From IMG/VR virus record IMGVR_UViG_3300033481_000119, positions 1-31,318 of that record: a DNA stretch of 31,318 bases; one strand, 5' to 3'. Shown one piece after another: positions 18,526 through 26,331 of the stretch (position 1 is the first letter of the stretch; every line of letters starts with the position of its first letter). Below the pieces are notes generated by a model, which saw only the letters and a list, made by a program, of their open reading frames with translations, was not told the DNA's origin and searched no databases. The position numbers were made by a program, and so were the translations under genes. The stretch is from a virus. Lineage: Duplodnaviria > Caudoviricetes.

Positions 18526-19017
18526 TTATTTTTCTGTATTGATGACTTGCTTCCATTCGGCTACAACTTTATCAGATAAATTGATTGTATTAGCCATACC
18601 ATTTTCTTTGTAGAATCTCACACTTATTTTATTGGCATTTTTTATTTTTTCAACTAATTCAGGAGACAATTCTACTTTAGAATCAATAATATCCGCAGAA
18701 TATATAAACCGCGTAATAGTAGCGTCTACAACTTTTACTTTTGATATGTCAGCGTCCGTCTTAATTTCTACATCCTTTTTAGAATACATATCATCTTTAT
18801 CACTAGCGTTCGAACTTAAAAAGATATTATATTTTATGCCTCCATCACTAAAATATATTTTTTTTAATCCTATATGATTAATTATATCTATATCATTATA
18901 AGAAACAAAACGTATGCTATTATCAAATGAATCTACCTTTCTTTTAATATGAGCATAAGAAATCGAGCTATTCCCTACAAAACATAATACAATAAAACAA
19001 AGTAATAATTTTTTCAC
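18526..19017 (-). CDS. Exported (Sec signal) hypothetical protein, paralogue 1; candidate exclusion/immunity moron
   Basis: GTG start with GGAGG, signal peptide ending SYA, directly behind the TMP stop. Confidence 0.75.
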   Translation of the reverse strand: MKKLLLCFIVLCFVGNSSISYAHIKRKVDSFDNSIRFVSYNDIDIINHIGLKKIYFSDGGIKYNIFLSSNASDKDDMYSKKDVEIKTDADISKVKVVDATITRFIYSADIIDSKVELSPELVEKIKNANKISVRFYKENGMANTINLSDKVVAEWKQVINTEK

Positions 19018-19045
19018 ATAAAATCCTCCAATACAATTTTGTTTA

Positions 19046-19074
19046 ATTATACCATTAGAGGATTTTACCGTAAA
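19046..19074 (-). promoter_or_regulatory. Sigma-A-type promoter, cassette 1
   Basis: TTTACG-N17-TATAAT with extended -10 TG, 3 bp after the TMP stop. Confidence 0.75.
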
Positions 19075-19077
19075 CCT

Positions 19078-22000
19078 TTACCATGTTTTTTTCATTAACA
19101 TGCTTTGTACCTTCGCATTTTCAACCATATTTCTCTTATAGCCGACATCCACCTGACTCTTCACCCAAGGCTCTATTGATTTAATAAATCCATCGCCAAC
19201 AAAACGATTGGTGACATCTATCTTAGGACTAACATGATTTGCAATATCAGCAGTTAAGCCATACGCGCCTTCCATACCCGTAGATGGTATCATTCCTCTT
19301 AGCGACCCACCACTCGCATATTTTGCATGAACATCTAAAATTTTTTTTGGTATCATTCCCTGATTTATAGCATTCATAATATTCGTACCATAATGATTAA
19401 CAGCCTTTTGCTTCATGACCCATTCGCCATCTGATACTCTGACGAATTTTCTTAGATTACTTACATATGCCAATATGCTATCACTTGTTCCTGTGCCGGG
19501 TCCTTCCACCTGACCGCTGTTCATTGAACCACCATCAGCAAAAAGTCCAAGCCCATACTGCGACAGGTAAGAAAAACCTGCTTTTAACGGCGAAGCCGAA
19601 TTCGTAGAACTCCCACCATAATCAAGTCCATACTGTGATTGATAAGAGAAATTTACATCATTACTTTTCTTAGAATTTGCGGGAAAAAGTGCATTCATAA
19701 TATCTGTAGCCATTGCTTGGGCATAAATTTTTTGTATTGACTGCAGAACCGTAATTGCTAAATTATTAAATGCATCACCAAGTGATTGACATTCAAAAAT
19801 CCCTTTTTCAAGAAAATTAAGCAACCCATCTTCAAAAGCTTGTTTGCTGGCATAGTGGACTTGATTCAATGTTGAGCCTAATCCATTAAGCTGATTTTCG
19901 AGCACTGCTATTTCATTATTTAGGACAAGTAATTTATTCTCATCATCTTCATTATCTGACAATTCATTTCTTTTTTGTTTTTTTGCTGCAATCGCACCCT
20001 GCAAATACTCCCGATTAGCTTTATCCGTTAAATCTTGCTTCTGTAATTTGGTCAACGATGGATCTGAATTAATTAATGCAAGCCTATTTTTCAGTTTTTC
20101 ATCTAGCGCAGCAAGCGATGCATTGTAAAAACTGATGATATTATTATCAATTTTATCAAGTAGATCGCTAATTTTATTGGCAAAATCTGTCCATTTATTT
20201 TCCTTAGCAACCTTAAGCATTCCTTCTAATTTTATGCGTTCATCTGAAACTGAATTCTTATAGTCGCTTGCTGCCTCGTTTGCTACATCAAGTTCACTTT
20301 TTGTTCCTAAAGCAACGTCATTGAATGCTTGTTTTTGTTTTCTACTGGCTGCATCATAAGCGGATTCGATATCTTTTTGTGCTTGCGAAAATTCAGCTTG
20401 TCCAATTTTAAATGTTTTTACATTTTCTGCCGCTTTAATGTATTTTTCTGGCATGTGGTTATTCTTGAATTTTTCAATCGTACTATCATATTCCTTTTGA
20501 AGTTCACCGATCTGCTGAGTTGAAATATCTCCAGTCATTTCGGCGGATTCTTTAAGAAATTTATCACCTTGTGCAACTAGGCTTTTAATGAACTCTACAT
20601 ATTTTGATGCTCTTTCTTTTGTTACTTTTACCCCTTGCTGACCTGCCGAACCACCAACTGCTGTATAGTCACCAAAACCCACTATTTCTGCAAAATCCAT
20701 ATTGATATTTTCAGCTACACCAGTAGAACTTCCAGCATGCAGAATCTTGCCATCACCTTGATAAACACCTACGTGATTGGCTTTATACGCAGTATTGTTG
20801 CTAGCAAGTGCAGACCTATCGTTAGATACGTCCATATATTTTGTATCATAAAAAACTAAATCACCTTGTTTAAGTTTTTTTCGATCAGTAAAGAAACCTC
20901 CCGCATCTTCCATTTGCGCTAGCTGTCCATCCGCTGTGCGACTTGAAAGTGATAAACCAGCACCAGCATACGCATCCATGGTTAGTTTCCCACAATCCGT
21001 GCCAGTTGCCCAGTCACCACTCCCCCCCATATGGTATTCCATGCCAAGAAATTTTTCTGCTGCCGAATATATGGCAGCACCGCTGTCAATAGAAGCTCGA
21101 CCTAACTCTTCCATATCTTTAGTTACACCCTTAAGCTCATTAGCAAAATTGCTAATTTTAAGGTCCGCCGCATTCAGTTGATCTTTTTTATCTTGACTAT
21201 TCTCGAAGTCCGTATTTTCAATTTTCTCACGGATTAACTTTTCCGTTTCAAGATTAATGCCAGCCTTATCAGCTGCAAGCTGTGCATCCTTTGCGAAATA
21301 AGCATATTCATCACCATTCGGATCTGCTTTATGATCTTCGTCAAGCTTCTCTTTATCTTGCGCTATTTGTATAAGCTTTAACTGCCGCTGCTGTTCAAGC
21401 ATCTTGGTGTAATCATCTAAATCGCCCTTCTGTTCTTGATAATACTTACTGTCATTGCCACCAGCAGCAGGCGTCGTAGGAGCGCCGGGAGGTTGTTCTG
21501 ATTCAGGCGGTTTATCTTCAGAAGTTTCTGGCTTATCCTCAGGAACTTCTGGCTTATCCGTTTCATTCGTATTATCGTCAGAATTTTTACCAAGATATTT
21601 ATCTATCCAGCCCATGATTGTATCACCGAATGCTGCAACACCGATTGAAACGATAAATAAAAGAATATTTGATTTTGTAAGATTTTTAAATGCCGTTGTT
21701 AACAGGAGCACGGCTCCTCTTAGACTACGAACATTTTTAACAGCGGACGCCATACCTGAAACCGTTGATAGAATCAAAGTCTGTGATGCCTTCGATGTAG
21801 CAATAACTGCTAATCTTAGAGCAGCATATGCTGTTTTTGTCTTATCCACAAGAGAAATAATTTGCTTTAAAATAAAAAATCCTGCTAATACTTTAACAGC
21901 AAATTCAATGGATGATTTCATGGTCAAAAAATTTCCTGTACCTTCTGGTACAATACTTCTTACAATATAGGTAAGATCATTGCCAACTTGTATAATTGCC

Positions 22001-23415
22001 CTGGATACATTGATAAAATCGTCAACAAGATCAAGTGCTGCATCGATGATTCCATCAAGCGCATTTTTGCCAGTATCACCAAATTGCCCGGCAAGCGCAC
22101 TAGCTTCATCATACATATTCTTAATATCTTCACCGATTTCAGTAATTTTCTCTACAAAATCTTCCGGTACAATCTCTTCCGGAAAAAGAGCTGCAAGAAC
22201 GCCCTGATTGTCACCGCTCCGGATTGCATCAGCAACATTATTTGTCCAATCACGAACACGTCCTAATCCATCCGTCAGCGCACTATCGAGTGGGCTTAGA
22301 ATAAAATCACCGATCGCCAGCGCATTGTCTTGAATCGTAGACAGCATCCCTTGCTTTGAATCGGCAATTTTTGTTGCTAAACCACTGAACTTATCATTCA
22401 TCCCTTCGAGTAAGGCATTCATTGCTGTATCTGCATCGATTCCTGCTGCGCCGATATTCTGCATTTGTTCGGCACTTAAACCTAACTTATCTGCAAGGAT
22501 TTGGTATGCAGGAATTCCTTCTTTCGTTAATTGAAGAAGATCATCATTGGTAACCGTACCTCGCTCTTTCATTTGTCCCATAGCAAGCGTTACACGTTCA
22601 ATTCCATCATTCTTTAGATTAAGTGCCGCAGAGGCATCTCCAACCGTTTTAAGTACGGATAGAGACTGTTTTGCACTAAAGCCAAATGACAGAAGTTTTT
22701 TCCCAGCCTCAGATGCACCTTGAAGATCAAACGGTGTGTCTGCCGCGACTTTTTGTAAATCCCCTAGATATTTTTTTGCAAGCTCTGTATTACCAAGTAA
22801 AGATTCAAAAGCAATTGTATTTTGTTCCAGTGCTGCGCTATATTCCAAAACAGGGGCAACCGTATCTTTAATCGCAGTACCTACCATTTTTACTTTAGAA
22901 TATACGCCTACCGCAAAACTTCCTATTTTAGAAAGCTTCGTCGAAAAAGATTCTGCTCCAGATTGATTTTGCTCATTAAATAGATTTGTCGTATTAGATG
23001 CATCCGCGGAGGCTGACTGCGAAGACATTTTTGTCTGCGTCAAGTTTCTAACCTTATCAGCAAATTCTTTAGCTGAACTTAACCCTTCCTGATCAGACAA
23101 TGAAACGCTTATTTTTTGTTCAGTATTAGATGATAACAGGTCCTTGACTTCTTTTATGCTAGAAATAGCCCTTTCATTCTCAACATCAACAGAAATCTCC
23201 TGGTGTTTCAATACATTTAAGGATTCTTCAATTGTTTTTATTTTATTTTGGGCTGCAGAATCATCAACTGTTATCTGAATCGGATTGGGATTTTTTAGCT
23301 TGATAGAATTTGTATTTTTCACAAATTCTTCAACCTTCTGACTACATACTTGAAGTGCTTCTAAAAACTGCGTGTTGTCTATCCTTATTACAACTTTTGT
23401 TTCATTTTCTGCCAA
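19078..23415 (-). CDS. Tape measure protein with embedded NlpC/P60 peptidase, 1445 aa
   Basis: Tape-measure N-domain (AFESLLG...A..TPFDL....AGKKLLSFG...L..EGIPAYQILA), hydrophobic helices, NlpC/P60 (DCGK, GDLVFY, HVGVY, LHAGSS) and C-terminal FADGG..GPGTGTSDSI..VSDGEWV. Follows tube and chaperone genes. Confidence 0.93.
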   Translation of the reverse strand: MAENETKVVIRIDNTQFLEALQVCSQKVEEFVKNTNSIKLKNPNPIQITVDDSAAQNKIKTIEESLNVLKHQEISVDVENERAISSIKEVKDLLSSNTEQKISVSLSDQEGLSSAKEFADKVRNLTQTKMSSQSASADASNTTNLFNEQNQSGAESFSTKLSKIGSFAVGVYSKVKMVGTAIKDTVAPVLEYSAALEQNTIAFESLLGNTELAKKYLGDLQKVAADTPFDLQGASEAGKKLLSFGFSAKQSLSVLKTVGDASAALNLKNDGIERVTLAMGQMKERGTVTNDDLLQLTKEGIPAYQILADKLGLSAEQMQNIGAAGIDADTAMNALLEGMNDKFSGLATKIADSKQGMLSTIQDNALAIGDFILSPLDSALTDGLGRVRDWTNNVADAIRSGDNQGVLAALFPEEIVPEDFVEKITEIGEDIKNMYDEASALAGQFGDTGKNALDGIIDAALDLVDDFINVSRAIIQVGNDLTYIVRSIVPEGTGNFLTMKSSIEFAVKVLAGFFILKQIISLVDKTKTAYAALRLAVIATSKASQTLILSTVSGMASAVKNVRSLRGAVLLLTTAFKNLTKSNILLFIVSIGVAAFGDTIMGWIDKYLGKNSDDNTNETDKPEVPEDKPETSEDKPPESEQPPGAPTTPAAGGNDSKYYQEQKGDLDDYTKMLEQQRQLKLIQIAQDKEKLDEDHKADPNGDEYAYFAKDAQLAADKAGINLETEKLIREKIENTDFENSQDKKDQLNAADLKISNFANELKGVTKDMEELGRASIDSGAAIYSAAEKFLGMEYHMGGSGDWATGTDCGKLTMDAYAGAGLSLSSRTADGQLAQMEDAGGFFTDRKKLKQGDLVFYDTKYMDVSNDRSALASNNTAYKANHVGVYQGDGKILHAGSSTGVAENINMDFAEIVGFGDYTAVGGSAGQQGVKVTKERASKYVEFIKSLVAQGDKFLKESAEMTGDISTQQIGELQKEYDSTIEKFKNNHMPEKYIKAAENVKTFKIGQAEFSQAQKDIESAYDAASRKQKQAFNDVALGTKSELDVANEAASDYKNSVSDERIKLEGMLKVAKENKWTDFANKISDLLDKIDNNIISFYNASLAALDEKLKNRLALINSDPSLTKLQKQDLTDKANREYLQGAIAAKKQKRNELSDNEDDENKLLVLNNEIAVLENQLNGLGSTLNQVHYASKQAFEDGLLNFLEKGIFECQSLGDAFNNLAITVLQSIQKIYAQAMATDIMNALFPANSKKSNDVNFSYQSQYGLDYGGSSTNSASPLKAGFSYLSQYGLGLFADGGSMNSGQVEGPGTGTSDSILAYVSNLRKFVRVSDGEWVMKQKAVNHYGTNIMNAINQGMIPKKILDVHAKYASGGSLRGMIPSTGMEGAYGLTADIANHVSPKIDVTNRFVGDGFIKSIEPWVKSQVDVGYKRNMVENAKVQSMLMKKTW
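21497..21559 (-). repeat. Three 21-bp/7-aa repeats in the TMP linker
   Basis: DKPEVPE DKPETSE DKPPESE; TTCTGGCTTATCC recurs 21 bp apart. Confidence 0.7.
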
Positions 23416-23420
23416 TTATT

Positions 23421-23681
23421 TCACCTCCTTGCAATGCGATCATAGTACTTATCTAGTTCTTTAGACTCAGACCAAACACTCATGCGAACATCATTCATAT
23501 AATTGATTCTGGCAAATATTGCACGGGAATAAAATTCACTGATCTGATCAATCGTCATCCCCAAAATTTCATCTAATGAAAATCCCTTATTTTTTAATAC
23601 GTCAGCAATATCGAGCCAATCTACTTCTTCTCCGGCTGTTTTGCCTTGATTTTGTTGACAATCGGCGCTAAGCGCTTCGTA
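23421..23681 (-). CDS. Tail assembly chaperone frameshift extension (gpT-like), reached by -1 slip
   Basis: The -1 frame is open for 86 codons (YEALSADC...DWLDIADVLKNKGFSLDEILGMTIDQISEFY...RIARR*). Its end AGGAGGTGA is the TMP SD. Not in the ORF track. Confidence 0.8.
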   Translation of the reverse strand, partial: YEALSADCQQNQGKTAGEEVDWLDIADVLKNKGFSLDEILGMTIDQISEFYSRAIFARINYMNDVRMSVWSESKELDKYYDRIARR

Positions 23682-24073
23682 AAAAAATCATAATGATTTT
23701 CAAGAATTGCAAAAATTAAGAGTATCGCCTCTTCAATATCAATCCCCACTTTTTCATCTAAAAACCATTCGCGCGGTTTTCTGGTATAAGCTGCCAAGAT
23801 TGTCGTAAGAGATTCTATATTTTTTTCAATCGCTTGATTTATTAAATCCCACCCCTCTTGATTAATAGATATAGCTTTTCCTTTTTCAAAAACAATGCCA
23901 TTGCCAGGTTCAAGTAATGCAAATACATCACTCATAATCGTTTGCAAAGCCAAAGTAAATTTAGGTAAATCAACTAATTTAAAAGCTTTTATTTCTAACG
24001 TTTCCCCTTTTATTATGATTTCAGCACCATTTTGCGTTAAAATTTCTAAGCTGTTTTTTTTGGGCATTTTCAT
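23621..24073 (-). CDS. Tail assembly chaperone (gpG-like), 150 aa
   Basis: Between tube and TMP genes, with a YDFFT slippery site near the C-terminus. Confidence 0.8.
   Translation of the reverse strand: MKMPKKNSLEILTQNGAEIIIKGETLEIKAFKLVDLPKFTLALQTIMSDVFALLEPGNGIVFEKGKAISINQEGWDLINQAIEKNIESLTTILAAYTRKPREWFLDEKVGIDIEEAILLIFAILENHYDFFTKRLAPIVNKIKAKQPEKK
23681..23687 (-). promoter_or_regulatory. -1 ribosomal frameshift heptamer T TTT TTT
   Basis: GAT TTT TTT ACG in the chaperone frame; a slip gives TAC GAA GCG... open to 23421. Confidence 0.8.
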
Positions 24074-24163
24074 TTCTCCTTAAATTTTTTTATTTTTACA
24101 TAAGGGCAGACACGTTAAACCTAGACTGTACTAAATTTTTGACTCAAAATAATAGAATTGAGA

Positions 24164-24180
24164 CCGCCCAAATTGGGCGG
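24164..24180 (-). terminator. Hairpin/attenuator after the tail tube gene
   Basis: CCGCCCA-AAT-TGGGCGG, with only a weak U tract. Confidence 0.5.
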
Positions 24181-24199
24181 CCCTATCAAAATAACCTTT

Positions 24200-25369
24200 T
24201 TATGCTACATTGATCAATTTAAAGAACGGTTCGTCCGGATGATTTTCACGATCAGAAAGCACCGTCATTTCAAGGGTAAAAGTGCCCCATTCCTCTGTGA
24301 TTAAACCAATATCACCAGTAGGAACGATAGATACATGCCAAACTTCTAGATTATAAGGACGACCATGAGAAGGATCGCCAAGGAATAATAAATCCCCCTC
24401 GATTTTTTTCGCTGTTCCACCCATAATTTTAGGATATTTTGCTTCAGGTACTTTATAGGATACACGTACCTTTTGGCCATCTGGAATATTTGAGGTATCT
24501 GGAATTGTAATAATCCCGCCTCTAAGCTGTGTTTTATCTAGAATGTAATCCACACCTGGAACATATTTGTTATTTGCTGGTGTAACTTTGATTTCATAAA
24601 TTTCACCTGCTACAAGGTCTTGTCCACTAGTGCCTGCAGCAAAAACTACTGTCACACCTTCAGCAAGTGTTTGAGCAGTACCGGTAATCGTAATCGGCGC
24701 ACTTTCCATGCTACTGCCTTTTCTATAAGTAAATGTTGCATCTGTAATCGTTCCTGCTGTAGAATTCGCTTTAGCAACCGTAATAAAATATGAAGTTGAG
24801 TCTGTTCCAGAATAGAGACCTCCAGAGGTTACAATAGCGGTACCTGACGTATTGCCCACCTGCGCAAAAGATTTTGCTGCGCCAACTTTGGCAGGAGAGC
24901 CAGTCAATGGTTGGATCACAACATCCGTAATATTTTTATACGGAACCGAAATAGGTGAGCCTAGATTAACCGTATATAGTTCATCTGTAACCAATTGCTC
25001 TTCTTGTGTTTCTACGCCTGCCTCGCCATATAAAGCCAATGCAAGATTATAAGGGTTATATTCGTCTAAAGTTAAGGTTAATTTATAAGTCATAGATTTC
25101 ACTGCTTCTGCATAGACTTCTTTTGCTGCGTTCATCGAACTCATTTTTTGAACTTTTTCAATTGTTGGGGTTAGATTTAAAGTTTCAACATTCCCCATGT
25201 GTCTGCGTACAAGCGGATTTCCCAAAGAGTCCCATAATCTAAAAAACACCTTACCAGCACCAATCATTAAATCCTTTGGTGATGGTGCAGAGGCAAATAA
25301 TTGCATATCAAAATTAAAACTTTCCGTGTTATTTGTAATATTTCTTTCTAAAATTTCTTTCTTATTCAT
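24200..25369 (-). CDS. Major tail tube protein (non-contractile, D3112/chi-like) with an inserted beta-domain, 389 aa
   Basis: IGAGKVFF, HMGNVETLNLTPTIEKV, LTLDEYNPYNLALALYG, GVDYILD...G.ITI and P.GDIGLITEEWGTFTLEMTVL.D motifs. Upstream of chaperone and TMP, with no sheath gene. Confidence 0.85.
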   Translation of the reverse strand: MNKKEILERNITNNTESFNFDMQLFASAPSPKDLMIGAGKVFFRLWDSLGNPLVRRHMGNVETLNLTPTIEKVQKMSSMNAAKEVYAEAVKSMTYKLTLTLDEYNPYNLALALYGEAGVETQEEQLVTDELYTVNLGSPISVPYKNITDVVIQPLTGSPAKVGAAKSFAQVGNTSGTAIVTSGGLYSGTDSTSYFITVAKANSTAGTITDATFTYRKGSSMESAPITITGTAQTLAEGVTVVFAAGTSGQDLVAGEIYEIKVTPANNKYVPGVDYILDKTQLRGGIITIPDTSNIPDGQKVRVSYKVPEAKYPKIMGGTAKKIEGDLLFLGDPSHGRPYNLEVWHVSIVPTGDIGLITEEWGTFTLEMTVLSDRENHPDEPFFKLINVA

Positions 25370-25455
25370 TTACTTATTCCTCCATAATTTTAAAAATATA
25401 ATGTAATTGGCTATTCTATAAAATTTCTAGTTCTTCATTAGTAAATTTTATAGGT

Positions 25456-25489
25456 AAAAAAATACCGCTAAGAGCAAGCTCTTGCGGTA
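25456..25489 (-). terminator. Intrinsic terminator just upstream of the tube gene
   Basis: Minus strand TACCGCAAGAGC-TT-GCTCTTAGCGGTA followed by TTTTTTT. Confidence 0.75.
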
Positions 25490-25595
25490 GCTATGGCAAT
25501 CAAACGCACCACCTCCTTTATAGGTTTTGAAAATTAACTACATCAAAATCCTCTTAGGATGAATTCACAAATATTTTATATAAATCACTTCGTCT

Positions 25596-25976
25596 TCACA
25601 TTTCAGCTAAAGCCTTATTTACAGAATCACTTAATGCTGTCCAACCTAAATCACTAAATTTCCCTTGCAATATTTCAAGTTTCTCTTTACCAGATAAAAA
25701 TTTGTCAATTTTCATTTTTTCTTCTGCAAATTTAATTCCTTCTCGCGTCATCTGAACAAACTGTGTGTTTTCTGCATTTGGATAAGGATCATTTCTCATA
25801 AAATGAAGTTTCGTCCCCGAGATTAGACTTTCGCTCTGTAATTTATTTAAAGCAACCCGAAAGGACTTCTCATCCATATCTAATGTAATATTAGATATTA
25901 AATTCATATCGGGGATATCTTTTTGATATTCGATATAAATTGCTAGCAATAGCTTTTGTTTAGCATCTAAATTCAA
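25596..25976 (-). CDS. YjcQ-like winged-helix hypothetical protein, 126 aa
   Basis: TTG start with AAGGAGG. KLLLAIY.EYQKDIPDM..I....LDM....F..AL.KLQ.E.LISG....MTREGI.F pattern. Confidence 0.6.
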   Translation of the reverse strand: MNLDAKQKLLLAIYIEYQKDIPDMNLISNITLDMDEKSFRVALNKLQSESLISGTKLHFMRNDPYPNAENTQFVQMTREGIKFAEEKMKIDKFLSGKEKLEILQGKFSDLGWTALSDSVNKALAEM

Positions 25977-26040
25977 GTAGGTATACCTCCTTTGTTTTAA
26001 ATATTTTAACTAGCCACTTTACTAAATGAGTTTTCTTCAC
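25960..26040 (-). CDS. Possible 26-aa basic peptide
   Basis: AAGGAGG, 7 nt, then GTG: MKKTHLVKWLVKIFKTKEVYLLEFRC*, overlapping the next start. Confidence 0.3.
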   Translation of the reverse strand: MKKTHLVKWLVKIFKTKEVYLLEFRC

Positions 26041-26091
26041 CCGCATTCCTCCTTGAGATGCCAATATTAAAAGTCTAAAGTCAATCCTAAA

Positions 26092-26126
26092 AAACTAAAA
26101 CCACCTACAGCTCTTGTAAGTGGTTT
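26092..26126 (-). terminator. Promoter-proximal hairpin/terminator
   Basis: Minus strand AAACCACTTACA-AGAGC-TGTAGGTGGTTT followed by TAGTTTTT. Confidence 0.6.
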
Positions 26127-26149
26127 ATCTATAAACTTTTGATGATACT

Positions 26150-26200
26150 ATCATAACACCTCGATAACTAAAAAAACGGAAGTAAACCGAACGAAAAAAC
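26150..26200 (-). promoter_or_regulatory. Activator-dependent phage late-promoter-like element
   Basis: Extended -10 TGtTATGAT (26150-26158) with no consensus -35. Instead there are 10-bp-spaced direct repeats AAACGGAA (26174-81) / AAACCGAA (26184-91) on the plus strand. Confidence 0.5.
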
Positions 26201-26331
26201 CTTAAAGGTGCTGTTTTTTTACTGCTAAATAACCTTAATGCTACTCTTTATTTCGATAGCAACTGAAATTTTATAGGGTATTTTACAGTTACTCCACGCA
26301 TGATTTATAAAAACAGCTTCTGTAATGACTT

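Noticed and set aside
7128-25369. Contractile system (R-tailocin, PBSX, eCIS)
   Set aside because: No sheath or baseplate-wedge genes; the tube and tip are siphophage-type.
26200-26330. Remnant of a late-activator gene 3' end (GYLAVKKQHL*)
   Set aside because: The position fits, but it is too short and stop-ridden to support.
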